From Phyllobates terribilis (lineage: Eukaryota), in NCBI RefSeq assembly GCF_046119375.1, contig NW_027362769.1:292702001-292766000 (forward strand): DNA of 64,000 nt, given 5' to 3'. Every line of letters begins with the position of its first letter. Positions within the stretch are counted from its first letter, which is position 1. The translations under genes were made by a program, and so were the position numbers. Of the stretch, positions 51,158-62,832 are shown one piece after another. Below the pieces are notes generated by a model. That model worked only from the letters and a program-made list of their open reading frames with translations, was not told the DNA's origin and did no database searches.

Positions 51158-53000
51158 CAGGCCCGGCGTCAGCACCCAGCATCCCCGGGCATGTGCCGGG
51201 GCCCTGAGCAGGCGGGGGGGCCCGTTCACCGCCTGGCACCCCGGCGTGCTATGAGACCCGTGAGCAGTGCGGTGTGGTGCTGGTGCCCCCCCTCGCTCAG
51301 GGCCCCGGCAGCTGGCGGATAATTACTTACCTCTACCCGTGCCTCTGCAGCAGGTCCGGTCTCTTCCGCGGCTCCTGCACTGTGACGTCTCAGGTCAGAG
51401 TGTGTGGTGACATCTTTACACTCCGCCCTCTGCTGAGCAGTCACAGCACAGAGCGGGAAGACCCCTGTGACTCTGGAGTCCGAAGCAGTGGCAGCAGGTA
51501 AGAAGTGAGGTGAGTATCTGATTTTTATTTTTTATATTTATGGAGGCATGGGGCATTATAAGGGAGGGGGAGAGGTGACTTCCTGCATGGGGCATTATAT
51601 GGGGGGGAGAGGTGACATCCTGCATGGGGCATTATATGGGGGGGAGGTGACATCCTACAAGGGGCATTATAAGGGAGGTGGAGAGGTGACTTCCTGCATG
51701 GGGCATTATATGGGGGGAGGGGACATCCTGCATAGGCCATTATATGGGGGAGAGGTGACATCCTGCATGGGGCATTATATGGGGGTAGAGGTGACATCCT
51801 GCATGGGGCATTATATGGGGGGGTGACATCCTGCATGGGGCATTATATGGGGGGTGACATCCTGCATGGGGCTTTATATGGGGGGGGGACATCCTGCATG
51901 GGGCATTATATGGGGGGGAGAGGTGACATCCTACAAGGAGCATTATAAGGGAGGGGGAAAGGTGACTTCCTGCATGGGGCATTTTATGGGGGAGAGGGGA
52001 CATCCTGCATATGGCATTATATGGGGGGAGAGGTGACATCCTGCATCGGGCATTATATGGGGGGGAGAGGTGACATCCAGCATGAGGCATTATATGAGGG
52101 GAGAGGTGACATCCTGCATGGGGCATTATATGAGGGGAGGGTGACATCCTGCATGGGGCATTATATTGGGGGGAGAGGTGACATCCTGCATGGGGCATTA
52201 TATGTGGGGGAGAGGTAACATCCTGTATGGGGCATTAAATGGGGGGGTGACATCCTGCATGGGGCATTATATGGGGGGGAAGTGACATCCTGCATGGGGC
52301 ATTATATGGGGGAGCAGTGACATACTGCATGGGGCATTATTTGGTGGGGAGAGGTGACATCCTGCGTGGGGCATTATATGGGGGAGTGACATCCTATATG
52401 GCGCATTATATAAGGGGAATTGACATCCTGCATGGGGCATTATGTGGGGGCAAGAATTCTGTATGGAGCGTTATAAGGGGGCCAGTATCCTCCATGGAGC
52501 TTTATATGGCGGCCAGTATCCTGTATGGAGCATTATATGGGGACCAGTATCCTCCATGGAACGTTATATGGGGACCAGTATCCTGTATGGAGCGTTATAT
52601 GGGGACCAGTAATCTGCATGGAGCGTTATATGGGGTCCATTATTCTGTATGGAGCAATATATGGGGCCCATAATACTGTATAGAGGACTATGTGGTGCCC
52701 ATAATACTGTACGGAGGACTATGTGGGGTCATTATGCTGTATGGAGCATTATATGGGGCCCATAATACTGTATGGAGGACTATATGGTGCCCATAATGGA
52801 GGAATATACTATCTGGCCTGCACTGTGTGCTGTGAGGAATCGCCGGTTTTGGAGCTGTTGTAGAATTTACTATAGATATCACTCATGTAATGTAAAAAGT
52901 GAAATCTTCGGCATTTTACTATATCTATATTTCTCTGTGGTATCTGTGGCCCACTGAGACTCTTTCACCCAGGGCCCACAAAAACCTGGAGCCGGCGCTG
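51158..53000. mobile_element. Non-autonomous hAT (CAGGGCCGGC-type TIR), 1843 bp
   Basis: 8-bp TSD CAGCATGT at 51150-57 and 53001-08; termini caggcccggc and gccggcgctg. Confidence 0.9.
51540..52450. repeat. G-rich ~30-bp minisatellite
   Basis: Unit gtgacatcctgcatggggcattatatgggggga with variable G-tract length. Confidence 0.92.
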
Positions 53001-53027
53001 CAGCATGTCAAGTTGTATAGCCTACGC

Positions 53028-54586
53028 CAGGGGTCCTCAAACTTTTTAAACAGGGGGCCAGTTCACGGTCCCTCAGACCATTGGGGGGCCGGAATATAGT
53101 TTTTAGAAAAAACTATGAACAAATTCCTATGCACACTGCACATATCTTATTTTGAAGTAAAAAAAAACAATACAGGAACAAATACAATATTTAAAATGAA
53201 GAACAAGTAAAATTAAATCAACCGGTATTTCAATAGGTAGGTAACTGTACCCAATAGGCAGCATAGGTCCCCAATAGGCAGGTAAATGTACCCAATAGGC
53301 AGCATAGGTCCCCAATAGGCAGGTAAATGTCCCCAATAGGCAGGTAAATGTCCCCAATATTCAGCATAGGTCCCCAATAGGCAGCATAGGTCCCCAATAG
53401 GCAGCATAGGTCCTCAATGGGCAGGTAAATGTTCCCAATAGGCAGGCTGTTTCCCCCTTATAATGCCATATGCAGGCTGTTCCCCCCTTATAATGCCCCA
53501 TGCAGGCTGTTCCCCCCTTATAATGCCCCATGCTGGATGCCACCCCCCCATATAATGCCCCATGCAGGATGTCCCTTTCTCACACCATATAATTCCCCAT
53601 GCAAGATATCACTCCCCTGTCTTTATAATGGCCCATGCAGGATGTCCCTTTCCCCACCATATAATGCCCCATGCAGGATGTCACCCCCCATGTCATGCCC
53701 CATGCAGGATGTCACCCCCCATATAATGCCCCATGCAGGATGTCACCCCCCCATATAATGCCCCATGCAGGATATCACTCCCCTGTCTTTATAATGCCCC
53801 ATGCAGCATGTCACCCCCCCAACCATATAATGCCCCATGCAGCATGTCACCCCCATATAATGCCCCATGCAGCATGTCACCCCCCCATATAATGCCCCAT
53901 GCAGCATGCCACCCCCCCATATAATGCCACATGCAGGATGTCACCCCCCCATATTATGCCCCATGCAGCATGTCACCCCCCCATATTATGCCCCATGCAG
54001 CATGTCACCCCCATTATAATGCGCCATGCAGCATGTCACCCCCCCATATAATGCCCCATGCAGCATGTCACCCCCCCATATTATGCCCCATGCAGGATGT
54101 CCCTTTCCCCCCATATCATGCCCCATGCAGGATGTCACCCCCCATATTATACCCCATGCAGGATGTCACCACTCCATATTATACCCCTTGCAGGATGTCA
54201 CCCTCCATATAATGACCTATGCCTCCATACAAAAAAAAATAAAAAAATCCAATACTCACCTCACTTCTCACTTGCTGCCGCTGCCGCTGCTCTGGTCTGG
54301 ACTCCAGCGTCGCGGCGGCGTTGTCCCGCTCGGCGCTGCCTGTGACAGCACTCGGGAGGGCGCGGTGTAAAGACGTCACCGCACCCTCTGACCTGAGACG
54401 TCACAGGAAGCGCAGAGCATGGAAGACACTGGATCTGCAGAGGCACGGGGAGAGGTAAGTATCCTCCTGCCGGGGCCCTGAGCAAGCGGGGGGAAGGGCG
54501 GGCAATGGCACCGCTCTCCTCTCCTCCGCCCATAGCCCGGCGGGCCGGATGAAAGTCCTCCGCGGGCCGTAGTTTGAGGACCCCTG
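53028..54586. mobile_element. Non-autonomous hAT (Charlie-like TIR), 1559 bp
   Basis: Perfect 16-bp TIR CAGGGGTCCTCAAACT; 8-bp TSD GCCTACGC at 53020-27 and 54587-94. Confidence 0.93.
53430..54230. repeat. C-rich ~30-bp minisatellite, reverse complement of 51540-52450
   Basis: Unit cccccatataatgccccatgcaggatgtca. It is preceded by a short cccaataggcag repeat at about 53250-53445. Confidence 0.92.
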
Positions 54587-54594
54587 GCCTACGC

Positions 54595-55800
54595 CTACAC
54601 AGAAAAGACGTGGGGCATATCACGTTTACGGAGTGGGAACAGATTAAGGACCTCTGCACCCTTCTGGCCTGTATTGAAATGGCTACTAAACTAGTTAGCG
54701 TTGACAATGCCATCATCAGCATCACTGTTCCGGTCATATACAAGCTGAAGAAGACTGAATAGCATGTGGCAGGATGTTGTTGTCCCAGAAGAAGAGGAGG
54801 ATGCAGAAGGGATAATAATGTCTCAAATTTCCAGACTGTCGTCACGCAGGCAGATGCCAAGTGATGGTGGCTTCCTGCAATCAAGGGAGTTTGATGATAT
54901 CACAGATACTGTTAGTGAAGGTGCAAGAGCCGAGGAACAAATGTAGGAAGAAGAGGTGATGGGCGAGCAACAGTCAGAAGATGAGGAGGATAATCATCCC
55001 CTCTCTGTTGAACGTGGTTGGCAGGAGGGGATGGAGGAAACATGCATCGGTGTTACGCAGCCAACAGTAGAATCTGGCTTTGGACCACCTGGAAGAGCCT
55101 GACATATGAGTGCCTTTTTACTGCACTTTCTGCAACATGATCCCCGTATAGTTAGGATTTGAAATAATGCTGACTACTGAGTTGCCACTCTGTTAGATCC
55201 ACGTTATAAGAGTAAATTTTGCCAGATGCTTCTCGCCCTGGAAAGGGACACGCTAATGTAGTAGTATCGAAAAAATCATTTAAGCAATCTTAATAGAGCT
55301 TTTCCCCAAGATAGGAGTGAGGCACACTGTGCATCGCAGCTGTAGTCTTTCAATCTTTGGCACGTTAGTTCGTCAATGCCAAAACATTAGCAGCAGCAGA
55401 GTAAGTGGCAGAAGCAATTTCTGTGAGTCCTATCACATATTTTTTAGACCAGCTTATGCACCAGCACAACAGAGTACAAGTCTGACAGGTGGAGAACGAC
55501 TGGAGATGATGGTGGAGGACTATCTAGAGCTCAATATGAATACCATCAGTGAGGATTTTGACCCTTTTACATTTTGGTCTTAAAAGATGGATGAATGGCC
55601 TCAGCTTGCTTGTCACGTCTTAGAGGTTTTATCATGCTCGGCAGCCAGCATTCTCTCAGAACGTGTGTTCATCGCTGCTGGTGGTATCCTGACAGATAAG
55701 CGCAACCGGCTGTCCCATGAAAGTGTTGAGTGCCTAATTTTCATCAAGATGAACAAGTCATGGATCTCAAAGGACTTTTGCAACCCAATTGCAGAATGTA
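54595..55800 (+). pseudogene. hAT-3 transposase C-terminal remnant
   Basis: EWEQIKDLCTLL, LLDPRYKSKF (frame with stops) and WPQLACHVLEVLSCSAASILSERVFIAAGGILTDKRNRLS. Confidence 0.9.
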
Positions 55801-55899
55801 CAGAGTACACGATGTTGTTGTTTTTAGTGTGCTGCATTGATCTTGCCAAATTGCAGTCTGTAATATGGCTTGTGCACCTGCTCTTGCTGCGACTGCAGG

Positions 55900-56905
55900 T
55901 TTTAGGCCCTAATTTTTGAAAATGTGGAGAATGAAGATTTGGTCTCTCAATCCATTGGGTTGGCTGTAGTGGAAGAGGTGTCGGTCCCTATTATACTACT
56001 TATACTCTAGTGAAATTGATGCCATTTTGGCAATTTTAGACCCAAATGTTTTCAAATGGGAACACTCCTGATTGGGTCTCCATCTACTTATCTACTTACT
56101 GGGTTGGCTGTAGGGGAAGAGGTGTCATTGCTAATTGTACAATTTCTACTGTACTGAAATTGATGCCACTTTGTTGGTGTCTGCCAGTAATTTTTAGAAA
56201 TATGGGGAATCCTGATTGGGTCTCCATTTATTGGGTTATCTGTAGTGGAAAAGGTGTCGGTCCCCATTGTACTACTTATACTCTAGTGAAATTGATGCCA
56301 CTATTGTGGTTTTATGTCAAAATGTTTTCAAACTGGAACAGTCCTGATTGGGTCTCGATCTACTGTGTTGGCTGTAGGGGAAGAAATGTCATTGCTAATT
56401 GGCCCTAATTTAGGGAAATGTGAACACTCTTGATTGGGTCTCCATGTGCTGTGTTGGCTGCAGTGGAAGAGGTTTTGGTCTCCTTTACAATAGTTATACT
56501 CTAGTGAAAATATTTTTTTGGTTTTGATATTGTTCTCCACACAGGAGTACACAGACCTGATAAACTCAACATGGGTATATAAGGCATACACATCTCACCT
56601 TAAAATTGTTTGGGGCAGATATTCTTCACACAGGTGTACATAGACCTGATAAACTCAACATGGGTATATATAGCAGGCTACATCTCAGCTTAAAATTGTT
56701 GGGGCAGATATTTTTCTCCACACAGCGGTATACAGACCTGATAAACTCAACATGGATATATAAAGCAGACTGCATCTCAGCTTAAAATTGTTTTGGGCAG
56801 ATAATCTTCTCCACACAGGAGCACACAGACCTGATAAAATGGGTATTTAAAGCATACTATATCTCAGCTTAAAATTTTTGGGGGCAGATATTCTTCTCCT
56901 CACAG
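55900..56905. repeat. Two degenerate tandem arrays in the hAT-3 3' region (~130-bp-scale, then ~95-bp units)
   Basis: Recurring gattgggtctccat..ggctgtagtggaagaggtgtc..ctctagtgaaattgatgcc (55900-56500), and acagacctgataaactcaacatgg..cttaaaattgttt.gggcagat four times (56530-56905). Unit sizes approximate. Confidence 0.75.
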
Positions 56906-56929
56906 GGGGGAAAAAAAAGATTGAGTCCG

Positions 56930-57840
56930 AGCAGCTTCCTGACCCTCAACTGTGCTGTGCTGTCATGGCAAGAAGAAAAGGAGGGTGACTCTGAGGGCGA
57001 GGAATGGGATAACACATTGGATGATGATCAGGTTGCACATACAACTTGGTGTGAACCCAGATGCACGCAGCTGAGTAGCTCATCTGAAGAGGTGGAGGAG
57101 GAAGACGAGGAGGTTATTTTGCGTCTTTTGGCGCAGACACGGAGTGATGGAAGCACGAGGAGCACTGCATTTTTATCCACAACCGTGGCAGTAACCAGCA
57201 GCAGTAGTGAGTCTGCAACTTGCAGGGGCAGCAAGGGTTGCCTAGCCTCGGCCTTTTTTGAGACTGCAAAGGATGAGCCAGTTCACGTAATCTGCAAACT
57301 TTGCGATAAAAAACTTAGTAGAGGGAAAAAGTGCAGTAATTTGACTACTACATGCATGAACCTTCACATGCGCAATCAACATGCATTACTCTGGCCATCT
57401 CACTGCGATAAAATGCGGACCAGCCTACCTCAACAACCATCAGCTGCCCCATCAACTGCATTCGCTGCTTCTTCCTCTTCCTCTGTTACCATGCCAAGTA
57501 TTTGCATGAATGTCTCCCACTGCAGAACCTCTGCTTCTCTACCTGCTACAGTCAGGCTGAGTGAGAGCCCGTCAGCTGTAATGGAAGTGGACATGCCTGC
57601 TGTGTTTGTTTCACCGAGCACACCACATGTTTCTCAATCCACCGTAACATGTCCCCCTGCACCTCACTTACAGTCCAGCAGTTTGTCCGTTTCACCGTGC
57701 TCTGCCCTCTCTCAGCATTGCAGCCAGCTCTCAGTCCCGCATTTGTAGTCACATAAAAGATTGTTTCCTCCCACACATGACAAAGCTAAGAGGTGGAAAT
57801 CAATCATCTCCAATCTGATGGCTACAGAAATGGTGGTATC
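56930..57840 (+). pseudogene. hAT transposase N-terminal/BED-finger fragment
   Basis: ASAFFETAKDEPVHVICKLCDKKLSRGKKCSNLTTTCMNLHMRNQH, then FPPTHDKAKR..NLMATEM, parallel to copy B. Confidence 0.88.
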
Positions 57841-58249
57841 AGGCCCTAATTTTTTGAACTGTGAACACTCCTGTATGGCTGCTTTTTTACTGAGGAGGAA
57901 ACCGGAGAACCTTGAGGAAACCCCCGCAAACACAGAGAGAACATACCATCTACTTGCAGATGTTGTCCTCTATCATCATAAAGGAGTTAGCTCATTGTCT
58001 AGGAGACTGACCACCACTGCTGTCTACTTTGTGAACATTGTGTTGAAGCTTGCAAGGTGTCACAGGTTTACTGTGACAGAGAGGAGCCAGAAGACTGCAG
58101 CGTCTGATTCCTTTCACTCCTGCAGTCATTAGAAAGAAGCCTTTTGCCTTCATATTAATCGATGCAGGGGTTAATCTGCTCAGTTGTGAGCTCCTGGAAG
58201 CTTTGTCAACAGATTTGTCCCGTGCATCTCCCCTACTGTGATAACGCTG

Positions 58250-58545
58250 TACCCCAACACATCAGACTGTCGCTTACCATGAAAACCTTGAAAAGAAAGC
58301 TAAAAACCCACTTCTTGTGACAAGTGTACAATCTGCGGTAAGTCTCGCTCCAGCATACCGCTGCACGACTAGCTGTACCCTGACCTACTGCATCCTCACC
58401 AATCCCTTATCAATTGTTTGTGCACACTTGTGGGCAGGGTCCTCTCTCCTCTTGTACCAGTCGATGAGTTACCGACGGTGACTACTTTTCCCATGTAAAG
58501 CACCACGCAATAAATGTAGCTGTAATAGTAATAATAATTATAGTA
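58250..58545 (+). mobile_element. L2/CR1-clade LINE 3' end fragment
   Basis: Degenerate PQHIRLS..KRKLKTHF C-terminus, then gtgggcagggtcctctctcctc..gtaccagt and an (aat)n-like tail. Recognised by resemblance only. Confidence 0.6.
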
Positions 58546-59174
58546 CTTGTAAGCTGGGTCAATTGATGGCACTATTCAGGTGTCTACCCCTAATTTGATG
58601 TGTATTGGCAGCTTTTGGGCCCATTTGAAGGTGTTGTGTATGCGTTTTTTTTTTGTCCTTCCATTGAATCCTATGGCGTTCGGTAACGTTCGAAGAACAT
58701 TCGATGAATAAGAATATTGCAAATTCAGCGATCGTAATCCGAATCCAATATTGAAACATTTGCTCAACTCTACCCAAGAGATATGCATTCAGTTATGCAA
58801 TTATGTGGAGATTGTTCTACATTTCCAAGTTCACCACAACTGATGCCACACCACCTAGATTGTACTGCACTTTGCAAAAGAATCTTGTGCACTTAGGCTC
58901 AGTGGAGTATAGCTAGCCGCCATAATTTATTGCACTAAAATGCCATCTCTACCAGGTTTGGGCACAAAATGCTAAGTTTTTTCCACAACAAAATTTATTG
59001 TGCTATGTGCATCAATTGTGCTCCATACAATGAACAGGGCCGGCTCCAGGTTTTTGTGGGCCCCGGGCGAAAGAGTCTCAGTGGGCCCCTTTAGCACATA
59101 CCACGATTCATGATGCACAGATACGGCGGAGAAATATAGTTATACAACACAGGGCCCAGCCTGCCACCTCATCT

Positions 59175-59775
59175 TTCACATATGCAAACATGCGCGCACG
59201 CACACAGTACGCAGACAAGCACACACACACAGTATGCAGACATGCACGCACACACACACAGTATGCAGACATGCATGCACACAGTAAGTATGCACGCACA
59301 CACACAGTACGCACGCACACACACACAATACGCAGACACGCATGCACACAATAGTCAGACACGCACACACAATACGCAGACACACACGCACAATACGCAG
59401 ACACACAATACGCAGACACACACAATATGCGCAGACACTCACACACAATATGTAGACATGCACACACAATACGCAAACACGCACAAACAATACGTAGACA
59501 CGCACACAATACACAGACACGCACACAATACGCAGACACGCACACACAGTGCAAAGACATGCGCATGCACACGGTATGCAGGCATGCACACACATACACA
59601 CACACATGAACATGGTACACAGATATACACACACAATACTCAGACACGCACAGATACATACACATATATATTTGAACACATTCTTAAAACCACATAAAAA
59701 ACAGACATAAATATATATACACAGTCATACACGCTGACATACACAGACAGTCACATCATACATGCACACACTCAT
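59175..59775. repeat. Complex CA-rich microsatellite (cacacaatacgcaga-type units)
   Basis: Low-complexity CA/TG tract generating His/Thr- and Cys/Val-rich spurious ORFs. Confidence 0.92.
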
Positions 59776-59885
59776 AAGAATTATTTTTATATGGGAATTG
59801 GGGAAGCTCGTTCACCTGCCCCCTGGCCTGTGTCCCATCCAGCTCCTCCATCATGTGGCAGTGCAGGGCCTCAGGCGTGTCACAT

Positions 59886-60355
59886 GGCCCTGGACCATCA
59901 GGGGGACCCACTCGCCGGCAGGGCCCAGGTCACTTCCCTAGCATCTGTGCAGGACCGCCGGTGCTGTTCAAGCCCTGCTCTGCTACAAGCAGCAGCAGTG
60001 TGGGATCAGTGTGCTACTGCTCCACCAATCAGGCCCAGTGCTGTCACTTTCCAGACATGGCCGCACTCTGTGCGGCTGTGTCTGGTAGTAATGATGCGGT
60101 CAGTGCGACACACAAGCACAATTAAAGGCGCAGTGTCGCCCCTGCGTGTCATTACTACCAGACACAGCCGCACTGCGCACAGCGAGCGGCCATGTCTTGA
60201 AAGTGGCAGCACTGGGCCTGATTGGTGGAGCAGCAGCACACTGACCGCACACTGCTGCTGCTGCATGAAGCAGAGCAGGGGTTGAACAGCATCGGCGGCC
60301 CTGCACAGATGCCGGGGAAGCGATGACGAGTGGGCCCCCCTGATGGTCCAGGGCC
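59886..60355. repeat. ~470-bp imperfect palindrome (foldback)
   Basis: ggccctggaccatcaggggg...gtgtctggtagtaatga is mirrored by tcattactaccagacac...cccccctgatggtccagggcc; centre near 60120. Confidence 0.9.
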
Positions 60356-60734
60356 CCGGCACTTGCCCAGGTTTGCCGGGTGATGACGCCGGCCCTGCAA
60401 TGAACTCACCTTTTTTCAAAATTTCTGTGAAATCAAATTTTGTTTTGTGCATTTTGGACAAATTTTCCCAATAGTATACTGATCACGATTGTGAGACAGA
60501 GCTAAATTGCTGAAAATCTTGAAACCAATTCCTTGAGTTCCATAAGTAAAATTCGATTTAAAATAAACTATCATTTTTTTATTCAAAATTGTGCAGCGCA
60601 GTTCACAACAGTCAAAATTTTTAAAATTAGCAAACTAAAATTAATTCACTTCCACAACTATCACAACTGTGACCATGATGGCAATTTTCTTTCATAAAAT
60701 ATTGATTCTTTTTTCTTTCCAAAAATGTTAAGGG

Positions 60735-60960
60735 TTCTAAGGGGTAATTTTTCTCCTTGTGGAGAGTGACATACTGGCTCTGGCATGCCAAGGTAAGGAG
60801 GCTAATTTGCTGTACAATGCTCCTCTGAAAAATGTAATATGCAAATTGCCTCTTCAGAGAAAAAGAGGACTTGAACTTTATTGCTCCACCTATTGTAGGA
60901 TTGCTGTTTCCAATAGGTGGCGCTATAGAGTTCAAGTCGTCTTTTTCTTTGAAGAGGCAA
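60735..60960. repeat. Diverged copy of the 22590-type repeat ending in a hairpin
   Basis: ctaaggggtaa.tttctcctt start; ctcttcagagaaaaagaggacttgaact...ccacctattg mirrored by caataggtgg...agttcaagtcgtctttttctttgaagag. Confidence 0.8.
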
Positions 60961-62450
60961 AATTGTTAAGAAATTTTTAGGATGGGGTAATTGGCATATT
61001 ACCTGGGAATGTTTTGTTCCCTAATCAGTTAAGCTTTAGAACAGTGTATGGATGACAACTGTGGTATTACCTGGTGACAACTATGCCCTCCCTGCAGATT
61101 CAACACTTCCCAGTGCAGGTCAGTTCACAAAGTACAAAATTGCTTAAAATGATCAAACAAAAATTCTTTGCATTCCATGATTTCAATTCTGTAGACAAAA
61201 CATTATATTGTTTTAGAAAATTGTTAAGAAAATTTTGGGGCAGGGGAATTGGTGTATTAGCAGGAAAATCTGTATTCCCTAATCAGTGAAGCTTTTGCAC
61301 AGTGGACGGTTTAGACTGCATTTATGACCCAGTGAACACTATGTGCTTCATGTGGAGTAAACACTTTCATGTGTGCACAGCCTCTCTGCAGTGCAGGTCA
61401 GAATGGGAAAACTTTTCACAAAGGACTAAATTGTAAACAATTATTAACCACCCAAATTCTTTTAATTTCATAACTGCAATTTTCTTTCACAAAATAACCA
61501 ATTTTACAAACAACCAACAGCAGCACCAATTACCATGTATATGACATGACAGACCAGTTGGTTTATCTGCCGATACAACAAACTGATGCACATCAGCAGA
61601 TTTGCAGCTCCTGAACAGCCAGGTATAGTCATATCTGCACTATGTACTTCAGCCAGCCGTTACACTGAGCTTCAATCTTATGGATTTCTTGGTAAACATA
61701 TTGAACCAGTGGCAAGAATTGGTTCAGTTTTCAAAGGGCATACTGTCATATCTAGTTTCCAGTGTAACATTAGAGATGGTGATCAGTGTGGCCATTTGCT
61801 TTGTTACACCCAAATGGACCAGATTAACAATTATGAAAAACCTTAGATTTGTCAAAATGCCAATGCCATTGCATAGCTAAGCCAGCTGCTCAATTCCTCA
61901 CTGTTTTCCTACTATTTTATAGTGATTCACTGTTCTACTGATATGAAATTTTCTTTTCTTGAATGCAAACACACATTAAACAGCTCCCAAAATAAAGCTT
62001 ATTTTTGGAAAGATTTGGAGACAATCCATTGCTTCTTCACTTTAAAAACAGCTAGCCTGTCTTTACTTCCTAAAAAAAGGGATACTGTTTGGATGAAATT
62101 AATATAAGCCTTTGTAATTGCTTAATCATTTTGGAACTAGAAACATTGTTGCGGAATTCAATAAAGGGGTAATTTCTTTGATCCTAGTTGAGAAACTTTT
62201 ACTTCTTCACTTTCAAAACAATGAACCTACTTTGTCTCCCTAAATAAAGGGATACTTTTTAGATGGCTTGTTATAAAGTAAATAAAACTTCATTTAGCAC
62301 AGAACAAAGCTCTCGACATTACCCAAACAGGAATAATTTTTGCTCTCCCTGTGTGAAAAAAGCCACAGCTTCTTCAATTTACAGCTCTCTATATAAACAC
62401 CAGAAAGGCAGGCATCTGCCCCCCAAAAAGGGATAATTTTTGGTCTATTT

Positions 62451-62832
62451 ATATCTAAGGGGTAACATTTCTCCTTGCAGAGAGTGACATGTTAAGCATG
62501 TCAAGGTGAGGAGACTTTTAAAGCCGCAATGCTCCTCTGGGAAATATGAAAATTGTCTCTTCAGAGAGGAAGAGGACTAGAACTTTAGTGCCACCTACAG
62601 GAAGTAGTAATCCTAAAAATCAATATTGACCCTTAACGAGCCTTATCACATGACTTAGGATATAATCCAGAATCAGAAACTCAAATTTGCAGACACTGTG
62701 TTTCGGGGTATGGCCCCTCATCAGTGCAAAGTGTGAGTTCTAGTTTGGCAGGGTGAGAGGCGTCAGACTGGTATCTACTTCCTGTAGGTGGCACTAGAGT
62801 TCTAGTCCTCTTCCTCTCTGAAGAGACAATTT
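62451..62832. repeat. Copy of the 22590-type repeat with a 58-bp inverted duplication
   Basis: 62550-62607 and 62775-62832 are reverse complements with one mismatch. Confidence 0.88.

Larger units (their letters stand above)
51115..58772 (+). mobile_element. Third hAT lineage (hAT-3), 5'-truncated, with two nested non-autonomous hATs
   Basis: Removing both inserts joins KRLWQQQRALMQHV-KLYSLR-LHRKDVGHITFTEW. C-terminal SCSAASILSERVF..KRNRLS near 55630-55720. Right TIR gctcaactcta ends at 58772 with ttcg/cgaa subterminal motifs. Confidence 0.8.
59035..60397. mobile_element. Non-autonomous hAT (CAGGGCCGGC TIR), same family as 51158-53000, opposite orientation
   Basis: Perfect 10-bp TIR; flanking duplication caatgaa(c) at 59028 and 60398. 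The left end is the reverse complement of 52950-53000. Confidence 0.88.

Noticed and set aside
51525-54370. Many His/Pro/Met- or Gly-rich ORFs
   Set aside because: These are products of the 30-bp minisatellite on both strands.
39554-58772. Possible 19-kb composite hAT bounded by the hAT-2 and hAT-3 outer TIRs
   Set aside because: The flanking 8-mers differ (gtagctag versus cccaagag), so there is no shared TSD.
59108-59697. Cys/Val-rich and His/Thr-rich ORFs resembling metallothionein or keratin-associated proteins
   Set aside because: They are translations of a CA/TG microsatellite.
61500-61900. Possible host exon
   Set aside because: Only short ORFs (under 90 aa) with no recognisable domain and no convincing splice-site pair.
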